From positions 15,965-79,964 of the forward strand of contig JBIIXW010000268.1 in assembly GCA_044347165.1 (NCBI GenBank): a stretch of DNA of 64,000 bases, given 5' to 3'. Below the pieces are notes generated by a model. It did not search any database. It was not told the DNA's origin and saw only the letters and a program-made list of their open reading frames with translations. Source of the stretch: Chthoniobacteraceae bacterium (GTDB taxonomy: Bacteria; Verrucomicrobiota; Verrucomicrobiia; Chthoniobacterales; Chthoniobacteraceae). Below, piece after piece: positions 34,146 through 43,890 of the stretch (the stretch's first letter is position 1; the number at the start of each line of letters is the position of its first letter). Both the position numbers and the translations under genes were made by a program.

Positions 34146-35642
34146 ATGACCACGACCACGCCCCGCTCAAAGATCTTCCTCCGAATCGGAATCTCCCTGG
34201 CAATCCTCGTGGCGCTGATCGCGCTCGCTGGAAAGCTCGCTTCCAACTCTGCCGGCGACGCGACTGCCATCACTGCCGGGAGCCAAGTCTGGACATGCTC
34301 GATGCACCCGCAGGTGCGGCTGCCGAAGCCGGGCAAGTGCCCGATCTGCTCGATGCCACTCGTCCCCGCGAATGCGCCTGTGAAGAAGGCCGGTGATGCG
34401 ACGGGCGAGCCGATGCTGACACTCTCCGATCACGCGCGCGCGATGGCGTCGGTCGAAACAACACCGGTCGAACGCCGGAAGCTCAGCCGCGAAATTCGCG
34501 CAGTCGGCAAGGTGCAATATAACGAGCGCGGCCTCGCGACCATCACGGCGCGCGTTGACGGCTACATCGAGAAGTTATTCATCGACTTCACCGGCGTGGA
34601 GGTCAAGGCCAGCGATCACCTGGTCGAAATCTACAGTCCTGATTTGGTCACCGGGCAGCAGGAACTCCTGCTCGCGACCGAAGGCTCGTCACTCGCTGCC
34701 GCGGCGAAGCTCAAGCTGCGCCGTTGGGAGATGACCGATGCGCAGGTCGAGGAGTTGCTGCGGACGCGCAAGGTGAACGACCGCCTCACGCTCGTCTCGC
34801 CGATCAGCGGCACGGTAACGGAAAAGATGGTCGTGCAGAAAAGCGCGGTGAAGCCGGGCGACGTGCTCTACCGGCTCGCGAACCTCGATTCCGTTTGGGT
34901 GTATCTCGACATCTACGAATACGAGCTGCCTTGGGTGCGCTACGGCCAGCCGGTCGAGATCGCCACGGAGGCCGCACCCGGCGAGACGTTCATGGGCCGC
35001 GTGTGGTTCATCAATCCGGTGCTCACCGACGAATCGCGCACGGTGAAGGTGCTCGTGAACATCGCGAATAAGGACAAGAAGCTGAAGCCGGGCATGTTCG
35101 TCAGCACGACGATTCGCGCCGCGCTGCTCGCGAACGGCCAACTTGCCCCGACCGGCGTCGAGGGGCAATGGACGTGCGCGATGCACCCGCAGGTGCTCCA
35201 GCCGGAAGGCGGCGAATGCCCGGTTTGCAAAATGGCGCTGACGCAAATTCCCGCCGTCGCAAAACCCGCGACTCCCGAGGAGGAACTGGTGCTCGCTGTG
35301 CCAGCGACGGCGGTGCTCGACAGCGGGGTGCGCAAGATCGCTTACGTCGAGCGCGGGCCGGGCGAATACGCCGCTGCAACGCTCAAGCTCGGACCGCGCG
35401 CCGGCGACTTCTATCCGGTCGTCGATGGCTTGGAGGAAGGTGACCGCGTGGCGGTGCGCGGAAATTTCCTGCTCGATTCGCAGTTCCAGATTCGCGGCCT
35501 GCCGAGCCTTTTCTACGAACACGGGCAGGCGCCAGCGGCGGGGCATCAGCACGGCGCTCCGGCTGACAAAGCGGCGCCTCCAACGAAACCGGCCGGGCAC
35601 GAAGGCCACGCCACGCCCAAGCCCGCCGAACACAAACACTAG
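34146..35642 (+). CDS. RND efflux adaptor (CusB-like) with two heavy-metal-binding domains and a His-rich tail
   Basis: 498 aa from ATG34146. 'WTCSMHPQVRLPKPGKCPICSMPLVP' is N-terminal and 'WTCAMHPQVLQPEGGECPVCKMALTQ' is internal. The tail reads 'AAGHQHGAP...GHEGHATPKPAEHKH'. Confidence 0.85.
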   Translation: MTTTTPRSKIFLRIGISLAILVALIALAGKLASNSAGDATAITAGSQVWTCSMHPQVRLPKPGKCPICSMPLVPANAPVKKAGDATGEPMLTLSDHARAMASVETTPVERRKLSREIRAVGKVQYNERGLATITARVDGYIEKLFIDFTGVEVKASDHLVEIYSPDLVTGQQELLLATEGSSLAAAAKLKLRRWEMTDAQVEELLRTRKVNDRLTLVSPISGTVTEKMVVQKSAVKPGDVLYRLANLDSVWVYLDIYEYELPWVRYGQPVEIATEAAPGETFMGRVWFINPVLTDESRTVKVLVNIANKDKKLKPGMFVSTTIRAALLANGQLAPTGVEGQWTCAMHPQVLQPEGGECPVCKMALTQIPAVAKPATPEEELVLAVPATAVLDSGVRKIAYVERGPGEYAAATLKLGPRAGDFYPVVDGLEEGDRVAVRGNFLLDSQFQIRGLPSLFYEHGQAPAAGHQHGAPADKAAPPTKPAGHEGHATPKPAEHKH

Positions 35643-35644
35643 CC

Positions 35645-38600
35645 ATGATCGACGGGCTGATTCGCTGGTGTCTCAAAAACACCTTCCTCGTCATCATCGG
35701 CGTCGCGGCGATCGTGTTCGGCGGCTACTACGCGCTCACGCGCACGCCGGTCGATGCGATCCCCGACATCGGCGAGAAGCAGGTCATCGTCTATGCCGAC
35801 TGGCCCGGCCGCTCGCCGCAGGACGTGGACAACCAGGTTACATATCCGCTGACCACGAGCCTCACCGGCACGCCCGGTGTGAAGACGATCCGCAGCATGT
35901 CGGGCTTCGGCTTCGCGATGGTCTTCGTGATTTTCAAAGACGACGTGGATTACTACTGGGCGCGCTCGCGCGTGATCGAGCGCATGAACGTCGCGCAGCA
36001 GCGCCTGCCCGGCGGTGTCACGCCCGTCATCGGTCCCGACGCTACGGCGCTCGGCCAGGTGTTTTGGTATACGGTGGAAGGCGAAGGCTTCGACCTCTCG
36101 GAACTGCGCAGCATCCAGGACTGGTATCTGCGCTACCAAATCAACGCGGTCGAAGGAGTGAGCGAAGTCGCGAGCATCGGCGGCTTCGTGAAGCAGTATC
36201 AGATCGACGTTCACCCCGACAAACTGCGCGCCCACCGCGTCACGCTCTTCGATGTGTATGAGGCCGTGCGGAAGTCGAACATCGACATTGGCGCGAAGGT
36301 GCTGGAGAAAAACGGCGTCGAGTTCTTCATCCGCGGTGTCGGCTTCATCAAGACGGTCGAGGACTTGGAGAAGGTCGTCATTCGCGAGGAGAAGGGCACA
36401 CCGATCCAGGTGAAGAACGTCGCCACCGTCACCATCGGCCCCGACTTCCGCCGCGGCGCGCTCGACAAGGCGGGTGTTGAGGCCGTGGGCGGTGTGGCGC
36501 TGATGCGTTACGGCGAAAACCCGCTGCACGTCGTCGAGCGGGTGAAGGCCAAGATTAAGCAACTCGAAGCTGGCCTGCCGCAAAAGACGCTCGCCGATGG
36601 CCGCATCTCGAAGGTCCACATCGTCCCCTTCTACGACCGCACGGACATCGTTCACGAAACCATCGACACATTGATGGAAGCGCTCAGCGAGGAAGCGCTC
36701 ATGGCGAGCGCGGTCATCCTCATTTTCCTGCTGCACCTGCGCAGCACGGTCTCGGTGCTCGTCACGCTGCCGCTCTCGGTCTGCCTCTGCTTCATCCTGA
36801 TGTTCGCGTTCGGCGTGGACTCGAACATCATGTCGCTGGCGGGTCTCGCCATCGCCATCGGCGACGTGGGCGACATGGGGATCATCATGACGGAAAACAT
36901 CTATCGCCACATCGCGATAGCCGATCCGAAGAAGTCGCATTTCCAGCGCGTGTTCGACGGCGCTCGCGAGGTCGGCGGCGCCATCGTCACCGCGGTCTCG
37001 AACACGCTCGTCTCGTTCATCCCGGTCTTCTTCCTCACCGACCAGGAAGGGAAACTCTTCCGCCCGCTGGCCTTCACCAAGACCTTCGCCATCGGCGCGA
37101 GCGTCATCCTCGCGCTCACGGTCGTGCCGCTCGTCTGCTACTACCTTTTTCGTCCGGTGAAATGGTCGCACCGCACCGTGTGGACCATCGCGGGAGCGCT
37201 TGGATTCGTCAGCATTCTCGCCGCGCACGCGGTCTTCATGTGGGCGCTGACCGGCACGCACTACAGCGGCTGGCCGATGAGCATCGTGGTCGGCGTCATT
37301 GTTGCGCTCGCGTTTGTGCGGATGACCCGCGAGCGCTTTCTGCCACTGGAGGAAAACCCCGTCTCGCGTGGCATCGCCCGCGTCTATGCGCCGCTGCTGC
37401 ACTGGATTCTGGATCACAAGAAGACGTTCCTCATTGCACCGGTGACGGTCCTCTTCCTCGGCGTCACCATCTGGCTCGGCATCGGCACGACACTCAAGCC
37501 CGTCGAGTGGCTCTTGAATGTCGGCGCACCCGTCGACCATCCGCGCGTCGAACTCGATCAGCTCCGGTGGCAGACCGTGCGCCGCGCCGACGGCTCAACG
37601 CATCGTCGCCTCGTGGCGCACAAGGCGGCGAGCGACAACGCGACGGTGCTTTCCGAGAAGCGCATCCTGCCCGGTATCGGACGCGAATTCATCCCGCCGC
37701 TCGACGAAGGCTCCTTCCTCTACATGCCGTCTCTTCTGCCGCAGGCCGGCCTTGGTCCGGCGGTCGAGGTGAACGCAAAACAGGACATGGCCATCGCGAG
37801 CGTGCCGGAGGTCGAGAGCGTCGTCGGCAAACTCGGCCGCGCCGAGAGCGCGCTCGATCCCGCGCCCATCGGCATGATGGAGAGCATCATCATCCTCAAG
37901 CCGGAGAGCGACTGGCGGCACCTCCCGGTGAAGCGCTGGTTTTCAGACTGGCCGGCGTGGATTAGGAAACCGCTCGCCTTTTTCGCGCCGGAACATCGCC
38001 AGATCACCAAGGGCGAAATCCTCACGGAGCTGCAAGAGAAGACCGCGATCCCCGGCGTGCTGCCAACTTTCCTCCAGCCGATCCAGACCCGGCTCGTCAT
38101 GCTCCAGACCGGCTTCCGCGCGATGATGGGCGTGAAGATTTACGGCAGCAACTTGAAAGAGATCGAGCGCATCGGCCTGCAAATCGAGGCGCTGCTCAAG
38201 GAAGTGCCCGGCGCGACCGACATCGTCGCCGACCGCATCGTCGGGAAGCCGTATCTTGAGTTCGAGATCGATCGCGACCGCATCGCGCGTTACGGCGTCA
38301 ACATCCGCGACGTGCAGGACGTGATCGAGATCGCCATCGGCGGCATGAACATCATGGAGTCGGTCGAAGGCCGCGAGCGTTACCCGATCCGCGTGCGCTA
38401 CCTGCGCGAGTTTCGCGAGGACATTCCCGAGCTGGAGAAAATCCTCCTGCCCACGAGCAGCGGCGCGCAGGTGCCGCTCGCGCAAGTGCTCACCATCAAG
38501 AGCGTGCTCGGCCCGCAGGAGATCAAAGGTGAGCGCGGCCTGCTCGTCGGCTACGTGACCATGAACACTCGCGACCGCGATGAAGTGAGCGTGGTCGAAG

Positions 38601-39247
38601 ACGCCGAGCGACTGCTGCAAGCGGCGCTGAAGGATGGACGGCTGAAAGTTCCCGCCGGCTATTATTGGGAGTGGAGCGGGCAGTTTGAAAACCAAGTCCG
38701 CGCGACGAAGCGGATGCAAATCCTCATCCCGGTCTGCCTCGCGATCATGTTCGTGATGCTCTACCTCGGCTTCGAGCGCTGGTGGATCGCGCCGGTCATC
38801 TACTTCAGCATCCTCGTCGCCGCGTCGGGCGGATTCATCATGCTCGCGCTGTGGGGCGCGAATCTTTCCATCGCCGTGTGGGTCGGTTTCCTCGTGCTCT
38901 TCGGCGTGGTCGATGACGACGGCGTGGTGATGTCCACTTACCTCGAAGGTCTCTTCGACAACCGCACGTTCAATTCCGTCCGCGAAATCCGCGAAACGGT
39001 CGTGCAAGCGGGCCTCAAGCGCGTGCGCCCCGGCCTGATGACCATCTCGACGACCATCTTCGGCCTGCTGCCGATCTTCTGGGCCACGGGCCGCGGCAGC
39101 GACATTATGCAGCCGATGGCGATTCCGAGCGTCGGCGGCATGATCGTCAGCGTCCTCGTTACCATCTACATCGCGCCGTGCCTCTTCTGCGCCGTCGAGG
39201 AGTGGAAATGGAAACGCGCGCAACGCGCAGCCCGCGCTGTCGCATGA
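35645..39247 (+). CDS. CusA/CzcA-family heavy-metal efflux RND transporter (system 3), unusually long
   Basis: 1200 aa, starting 'MIDGLIRWCLKNTFLV'. The TM4 region reads 'AIGDVGDMGIIMTEN'. Has extra periplasmic segments relative to systems 1 and 2 (for example 'VDHPRVELDQLRWQTVRRADGSTHRRLVAHKAASDNATVL'). Confidence 0.9.
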   Translation: MIDGLIRWCLKNTFLVIIGVAAIVFGGYYALTRTPVDAIPDIGEKQVIVYADWPGRSPQDVDNQVTYPLTTSLTGTPGVKTIRSMSGFGFAMVFVIFKDDVDYYWARSRVIERMNVAQQRLPGGVTPVIGPDATALGQVFWYTVEGEGFDLSELRSIQDWYLRYQINAVEGVSEVASIGGFVKQYQIDVHPDKLRAHRVTLFDVYEAVRKSNIDIGAKVLEKNGVEFFIRGVGFIKTVEDLEKVVIREEKGTPIQVKNVATVTIGPDFRRGALDKAGVEAVGGVALMRYGENPLHVVERVKAKIKQLEAGLPQKTLADGRISKVHIVPFYDRTDIVHETIDTLMEALSEEALMASAVILIFLLHLRSTVSVLVTLPLSVCLCFILMFAFGVDSNIMSLAGLAIAIGDVGDMGIIMTENIYRHIAIADPKKSHFQRVFDGAREVGGAIVTAVSNTLVSFIPVFFLTDQEGKLFRPLAFTKTFAIGASVILALTVVPLVCYYLFRPVKWSHRTVWTIAGALGFVSILAAHAVFMWALTGTHYSGWPMSIVVGVIVALAFVRMTRERFLPLEENPVSRGIARVYAPLLHWILDHKKTFLIAPVTVLFLGVTIWLGIGTTLKPVEWLLNVGAPVDHPRVELDQLRWQTVRRADGSTHRRLVAHKAASDNATVLSEKRILPGIGREFIPPLDEGSFLYMPSLLPQAGLGPAVEVNAKQDMAIASVPEVESVVGKLGRAESALDPAPIGMMESIIILKPESDWRHLPVKRWFSDWPAWIRKPLAFFAPEHRQITKGEILTELQEKTAIPGVLPTFLQPIQTRLVMLQTGFRAMMGVKIYGSNLKEIERIGLQIEALLKEVPGATDIVADRIVGKPYLEFEIDRDRIARYGVNIRDVQDVIEIAIGGMNIMESVEGRERYPIRVRYLREFREDIPELEKILLPTSSGAQVPLAQVLTIKSVLGPQEIKGERGLLVGYVTMNTRDRDEVSVVEDAERLLQAALKDGRLKVPAGYYWEWSGQFENQVRATKRMQILIPVCLAIMFVMLYLGFERWWIAPVIYFSILVAASGGFIMLALWGANLSIAVWVGFLVLFGVVDDDGVVMSTYLEGLFDNRTFNSVREIRETVVQAGLKRVRPGLMTISTTIFGLLPIFWATGRGSDIMQPMAIPSVGGMIVSVLVTIYIAPCLFCAVEEWKWKRAQRAARAVA

Positions 39248-39903
39248 AAGCGAAACGCCAGTGCCCGGATTGCTGCCGCATCGTCGTCACCGGCGGTCCC
39301 GGCGGTGGAAAAACAACCGCGGCAGATTTTTTCCGCCGCGAGATCGGCGACCGCGTGGTGATCGTTCCCGAGGCAGCGACCATCCTCTTCCAAGGCGGTT
39401 TCCCGCGCTCCCTCGACCCACACGCCTCCCGCATCGCGCAGACCGCAATCTTCCATGTGCAGCGCAATCTCGAAAACGTGCAGGCGGCGCTGTATCCGGG
39501 CCGCACGCTGCTCTGCGACCGCGGCACCGTGGACGGCGCGGCTTACTGGCCCGGCAAACCCGACGACTACTTCACCGCCGTCGGCACGACATTCGGCGCG
39601 GAGCTGCGCCGCTACGATGCAGTGATCTTTTTCGAGACCGCGGCGCTCGGCGGCGCGTCCATCGAAGGCGGCAATCCGATGCGCAACGAATCGCTGCAAC
39701 AAGCGGTCGAACTCGACGGGCGGCTCCGCAAGTTGTGGGCGCGGCATCCGCGCTTCGTGCTCGTCCCGAACAACCGCTCGTTCTTCAAGAAGATCACCAT
39801 CGGCCTCGGCGCATTGGAGAGCATCGTCACGCAGCTCGCGTGCGAAGTGCGCTGCGCGGCCACGGTCGCGAAAACACCACGGCAGGAGAAAGGAGCGCGC
39901 TGA
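39244..39903 (+). CDS. Soluble P-loop NTPase, nucleotide-kinase/AAA_28-like
   Basis: 219 aa from ATG39244 (ATGA overlap with the RND stop). Walker A 'VVTGGPGGGKTT' and Walker-B-like 'TLLCDRGTVDGAAYW'. No TM segments. Confidence 0.65.
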   Translation: MKAKRQCPDCCRIVVTGGPGGGKTTAADFFRREIGDRVVIVPEAATILFQGGFPRSLDPHASRIAQTAIFHVQRNLENVQAALYPGRTLLCDRGTVDGAAYWPGKPDDYFTAVGTTFGAELRRYDAVIFFETAALGGASIEGGNPMRNESLQQAVELDGRLRKLWARHPRFVLVPNNRSFFKKITIGLGALESIVTQLACEVRCAATVAKTPRQEKGAR

Positions 39904-40511
39904 TGGATTGCGCGGTGGCTCTCGTGCAGGCGTATCTGCGGCTCAATGGCTACTTCGTCGAGACGGAGTATCCCATCGTCTCGCACCGCCGAGCCGCGAC
40001 TATCACGCTCACCGATCTCGACGTGCTCGCGATCCGTTTTCCCGGGGCGGCGCGCTGGGTGCCGGACACGCATGGCGGCGGGCGCGAGCTTGCCACCGAC
40101 CCGGAACTCGCGGTGTCCGGCGACCGGATGGACATGATCATCGGCGAAGTGAAAGAAGGCCGCAGTCGGTTGAATCCCGCTGCGCTGACGCCGGACGTGC
40201 TTGAAACCGTCATCCGCCGCTTCGGCTGCTGCGCACCCGATCCCGCCGGTTCCGCGCTGGAAGTGCTGCGCGGCCCGAGCGCCGACATGACCTTGCATCG
40301 CGGGATGCACTGCCGGATTCGCGTTGTCGTTTTCAGCGGCGCGCACGGCGAGCGGTCGCGCTCGTTTCAAGTCATCACGCTGCGCCACGCGGCGCAGTTC
40401 ATCAGCCGCCACATTTCGGAGCACGGCGAGGTGTATCTGGCGGCGCACCTTAAGGACGACGCACTCGGCCTGTTCGCGCTGCTCTCGAAACTCGGCCTCC
40501 CTTTGCACTGA
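39903..40511 (+). CDS. Soluble protein with a PD-(D/E)XK nuclease-fold-like motif
   Basis: 202 aa from ATG39903 (TGATG overlap). N-terminal helix 'AVALVQAYLRLNGYFV', then 'TDLDVLAIRF' and 'MIIGEVKEG' (D...ExK). The next gene starts 2 nt after its stop. Confidence 0.5.
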   Translation: MDCAVALVQAYLRLNGYFVETEYPIVSHRRAATITLTDLDVLAIRFPGAARWVPDTHGGGRELATDPELAVSGDRMDMIIGEVKEGRSRLNPAALTPDVLETVIRRFGCCAPDPAGSALEVLRGPSADMTLHRGMHCRIRVVVFSGAHGERSRSFQVITLRHAAQFISRHISEHGEVYLAAHLKDDALGLFALLSKLGLPLH

Positions 40512-40513
40512 CC

Positions 40514-43222
40514 ATGACTGCACCAACCACTCGTCCCGATATGTGGCATCAGCGCTCCGTGGAGGAAACCATTGCCGCGCTGGGCGTGACAAGCGCCGGC
40601 CTTTCTACCGCCGATGCCGCGCAACGACTCGCGGAGCATGGCCGCAACGAACTCGCCGAGGGGAAGGCGATCAGCCCGTGGACGATTTTCCTCGGGCAGT
40701 TCAAGAACCTCATCGTCTGGATTCTCATCGTGGCCGGCGTCATCAGCGGCTTGCTCGGGGAAGGCGTCGATGCCATCGCCATCCTCGCCATCGTCGTGCT
40801 CAATGCGGTGATCGGCTTTTACCAGGAATACAGCGCGGAGAAATCCATCGCGGCGCTGCGCAAGATGACCGCGCCGCGCGCGAAGGTGGTCCGCGATGGC
40901 AAAATCGCCGTTGTGCCCGCGGCGGAAGTCGTGCCCGGCGACATCCTCGAACTCGAAGCCGGCGACCTCGTGGCGGCTGACGCGCGCGTGCTCGAAGCCT
41001 CGTCGCTGCGTTGCGTCGAGTCGGCGCTCACTGGCGAATCCGAAGCCGTGAACAAACGCGCGACCACGCTCGACCGCGCCGAGGTGCCGCTTGGCGACCG
41101 CGAGAACATGATCTTCATGGGCACGAGTGTCGCCGCCGGGCAGGGCCGCGCCGTCATCGTCGGCACTGCGATGAACACGGAGATCGGCCACATTGCCGGA
41201 CTGATCCAGGCCGCAGGTGCGGACGAAGGCACACCGCTTCAGCAGAAGCTCGAATCGTTCGGACGCATTCTCGTGTGGGCTTCGCTCGGCATCGTCGCGC
41301 TGCTCTTCGTGCTCGGACTCGCGCGCGGGATGAAGTTCTTCGAGCTGTTCATGACCTCGGTGAGCCTCGCCGTCGCCGCCGTGCCCGAGGGACTGCCAGC
41401 GGTCGTCACCGTCTCGCTCGCGCTGGGCGTGCTGCGCATGTCGCGCCGGCGCGCGCTCGTGCGGCGGCTGCCGTCGGTCGAAACGCTCGGCTCCACGAGC
41501 GTCATCTGCACCGACAAGACCGGCACGCTGACTGTCGGCGAAATGACCGTGCGCGAGCTTTACGTCGCCGGGTGGACGTTTGAAGTGACCGGCGAGGGCT
41601 ACGGCCCGAACGGCGAGGTTCGGTTGGACGGCAAGGCCACCGATGCATCGCACGTCGAGCCATTACTGGAACTCGCTAACATCCTCGTCGGCTGCAACAA
41701 CGCGCACATCGTCCTCGAAGAGGGCAACTGGAGAGTCGTCGGTGATCCGACCGAGGGCGCGCTCCTCGCAGCGGGGCAGAAAGTGGGCGGAGACAAACAG
41801 CGCATCGATGCCGAGCATCCGAAGCATCACGAGATTCCCTTCGACTCCGACCGCAAGCGGCGCACGGTCATCCGCGTTCGTCCCGACGGACGCCTTCGCG
41901 CGTTCATCAACGGCGCACCCGACGAACTGCTCCGCCTCTGCACGCACATTCTGGCCGAAGAAGGCGTCCACCCGCTGACCGACGACGACCGCAAGCGGAT
42001 CACCGCGCAAAACACCAGCATGGCGGGCCGCGCGCTCCGCGTGCTCGGTTCGACCTTTCGCGATCTCGACCACAGCGCGCCCGCGCAGCTCACCGCCGAA
42101 AACGTCGAGCGCGATCTCGTCTTCGTCGGCCTCACCGGCATGTATGACCCGCCGCGCGCGGAGGCCAAGGTCGCCGTCGCCAAGTGCCACGCTGCGGGTA
42201 TCCGCGTCGTGATGATCACCGGCGATCATCCGCACACCGCGCTCGCCATCGGCCGGGAACTGGGCATCGCCGAGGACAAGAGCGTGGCGCTTTCCGGCCT
42301 GGAACTCGACCAACTCGACGATACCGCACTGGCTGCCCGCACCACGCAAGTCGCGGTCTATGCCCGCGTCACCGCTGCGCACAAGCTGCGCATCATTCGC
42401 GCGTGGAAAGCGACCGGCGCCGTCGTCGCGATGACCGGCGACGGAGTGAACGACGCGCCCGCAATTAAGGGCGCGGACATTGGCATCGCAATGGGCCGCA
42501 GCGGCACGGAGGTCACGAAGCAGGCGTCCGACATGGTCATTACCGATGACAACTTCGCCAGCATCGTCGCCGCCGTGGAGGAAGGCCGCGGCATCTACGA
42601 CAACATCCGCAAGACGCTGCAATACCTGCTCGCGGGAAACTGCGGCGAGTTGTTGCTCATGACTGCCGCTATCGTCGCCGGCCTGCCCGTGCCGCTCCTC
42701 GCGATCCATCTGCTGTGGATCAACCTCGTCACCGACGGCCTGCCCGCGCTCTGCCTCGCCACTGATCCGATTGACGCCGACGTGATGAAGCAGCCGCCGC
42801 GCACGCGCAACGAGCGCATTACCGACGGCGGCTTCCTGCGCACCATGTTCCTCACCGGCGTACTCACTGCCGGCGTATCATTCGCCGTCTATCTCTACGG
42901 CCTCAGCAGCGAGACGCCCGAGATGGCGCGCACCCACGCCTTCGCCGCACTCGTCTTCGCCGAGCTGCTCCGCTCGTTCGGCGCGCGCAGCGAGACGCGC
43001 CCGCTGTGGCGAATGAATCTCTTTTCAAATCTCAACCTTCTCCTCGTCGTGACGGTCTCATTCAGCATCCAAATCTGGAGCCATCACAACGCCTGGCTCG
43101 CCAGCTTCCTCAAGACGGCACAGATCTCCGTGAGGGATTGCCTGATGCTCCTCGCCGTCTCTACCCTGCCTCTGCTCGTGCTGGAAGTTCGCAAGGTCAT
43201 CTTGAACCCTACAGTCCAATGA
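40514..43222 (+). CDS. P2-type cation-transporting P-type ATPase (Ca2+/Mg2+-pump-like)
   Basis: 902 aa. Carries 'ICTDKTGTLT', 'VPEGLPAVVTVSLALG', 'MITGDH' and 'MTGDGVNDAPAIKGADIGIAMG'. Ten-TM layout. Confidence 0.85.
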   Translation: MTAPTTRPDMWHQRSVEETIAALGVTSAGLSTADAAQRLAEHGRNELAEGKAISPWTIFLGQFKNLIVWILIVAGVISGLLGEGVDAIAILAIVVLNAVIGFYQEYSAEKSIAALRKMTAPRAKVVRDGKIAVVPAAEVVPGDILELEAGDLVAADARVLEASSLRCVESALTGESEAVNKRATTLDRAEVPLGDRENMIFMGTSVAAGQGRAVIVGTAMNTEIGHIAGLIQAAGADEGTPLQQKLESFGRILVWASLGIVALLFVLGLARGMKFFELFMTSVSLAVAAVPEGLPAVVTVSLALGVLRMSRRRALVRRLPSVETLGSTSVICTDKTGTLTVGEMTVRELYVAGWTFEVTGEGYGPNGEVRLDGKATDASHVEPLLELANILVGCNNAHIVLEEGNWRVVGDPTEGALLAAGQKVGGDKQRIDAEHPKHHEIPFDSDRKRRTVIRVRPDGRLRAFINGAPDELLRLCTHILAEEGVHPLTDDDRKRITAQNTSMAGRALRVLGSTFRDLDHSAPAQLTAENVERDLVFVGLTGMYDPPRAEAKVAVAKCHAAGIRVVMITGDHPHTALAIGRELGIAEDKSVALSGLELDQLDDTALAARTTQVAVYARVTAAHKLRIIRAWKATGAVVAMTGDGVNDAPAIKGADIGIAMGRSGTEVTKQASDMVITDDNFASIVAAVEEGRGIYDNIRKTLQYLLAGNCGELLLMTAAIVAGLPVPLLAIHLLWINLVTDGLPALCLATDPIDADVMKQPPRTRNERITDGGFLRTMFLTGVLTAGVSFAVYLYGLSSETPEMARTHAFAALVFAELLRSFGARSETRPLWRMNLFSNLNLLLVVTVSFSIQIWSHHNAWLASFLKTAQISVRDCLMLLAVSTLPLLVLEVRKVILNPTVQ

Positions 43223-43294
43223 GGGAACAACCGCCGTATTCCCATGCAGCCTATTCACTTCGCGTCTGCGATTCCGATCAGACCTTCTCGCTCC

Positions 43295-43873
43295 ATGAAA
43301 ACTCCGCACCTTTATATCCTCGCGCTCGCCGCGCTCACGGGCTTCGCCATCGCTGCCGAAAAGGACCAACACGCAGACCACAAGAAATCACCAATGGCTG
43401 CGATGATCGCCGACAAGTCCGGCGCGGACTTCGAGGCGGCTTACCTCGGGATGATGATCCATCACCACAAGTCCGGCGGGCCGATGTGGGCGCTCGCGCG
43501 CGAAAAGACAACCAGCGACGAAATCAAGGCGCTGGAGAAAAAGACCACGCCGAAGGAACAGCGCGAGATCGAGGAGATGACTGCGTGGCTCAAGCAATGG
43601 CACAACAAGTCGCCCGAAGATCTCAAGGTGCCGGAGCAGAGCACGCAGATGATGGAAAAGGACATGGCCGAGTTACGCTCCGCGTCCGGCAAGGAGTTCG
43701 ACAAGCTCTTTGGGAAAAAGATGGCGCATCACCACAAGGGCGCGATCGACATGGCGAAACTCGCGCAGGACAAAGCGGAGCACGCGGAAGTCAAATCCGC
43801 CGCGAGCAAGATCGTCGAATCGCAAACGGCAGATCGGAAGAAGCTCCTGAGCATTTCCGAAGAAGGGAACTAA
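43295..43873 (+). CDS. DUF305-family secreted protein
   Basis: About 192 aa from ATG43295 (MKTPHLYILALAALTGFAIA). Duplicated 'MMIHHHKSGGPMW' and 'KMAHHHKGAIDMA' motifs. Confidence 0.75.
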   Translation: MKTPHLYILALAALTGFAIAAEKDQHADHKKSPMAAMIADKSGADFEAAYLGMMIHHHKSGGPMWALAREKTTSDEIKALEKKTTPKEQREIEEMTAWLKQWHNKSPEDLKVPEQSTQMMEKDMAELRSASGKEFDKLFGKKMAHHHKGAIDMAKLAQDKAEHAEVKSAASKIVESQTADRKKLLSISEEGN

Positions 43874-43890
43874 GCACCGGACGACAGCCG

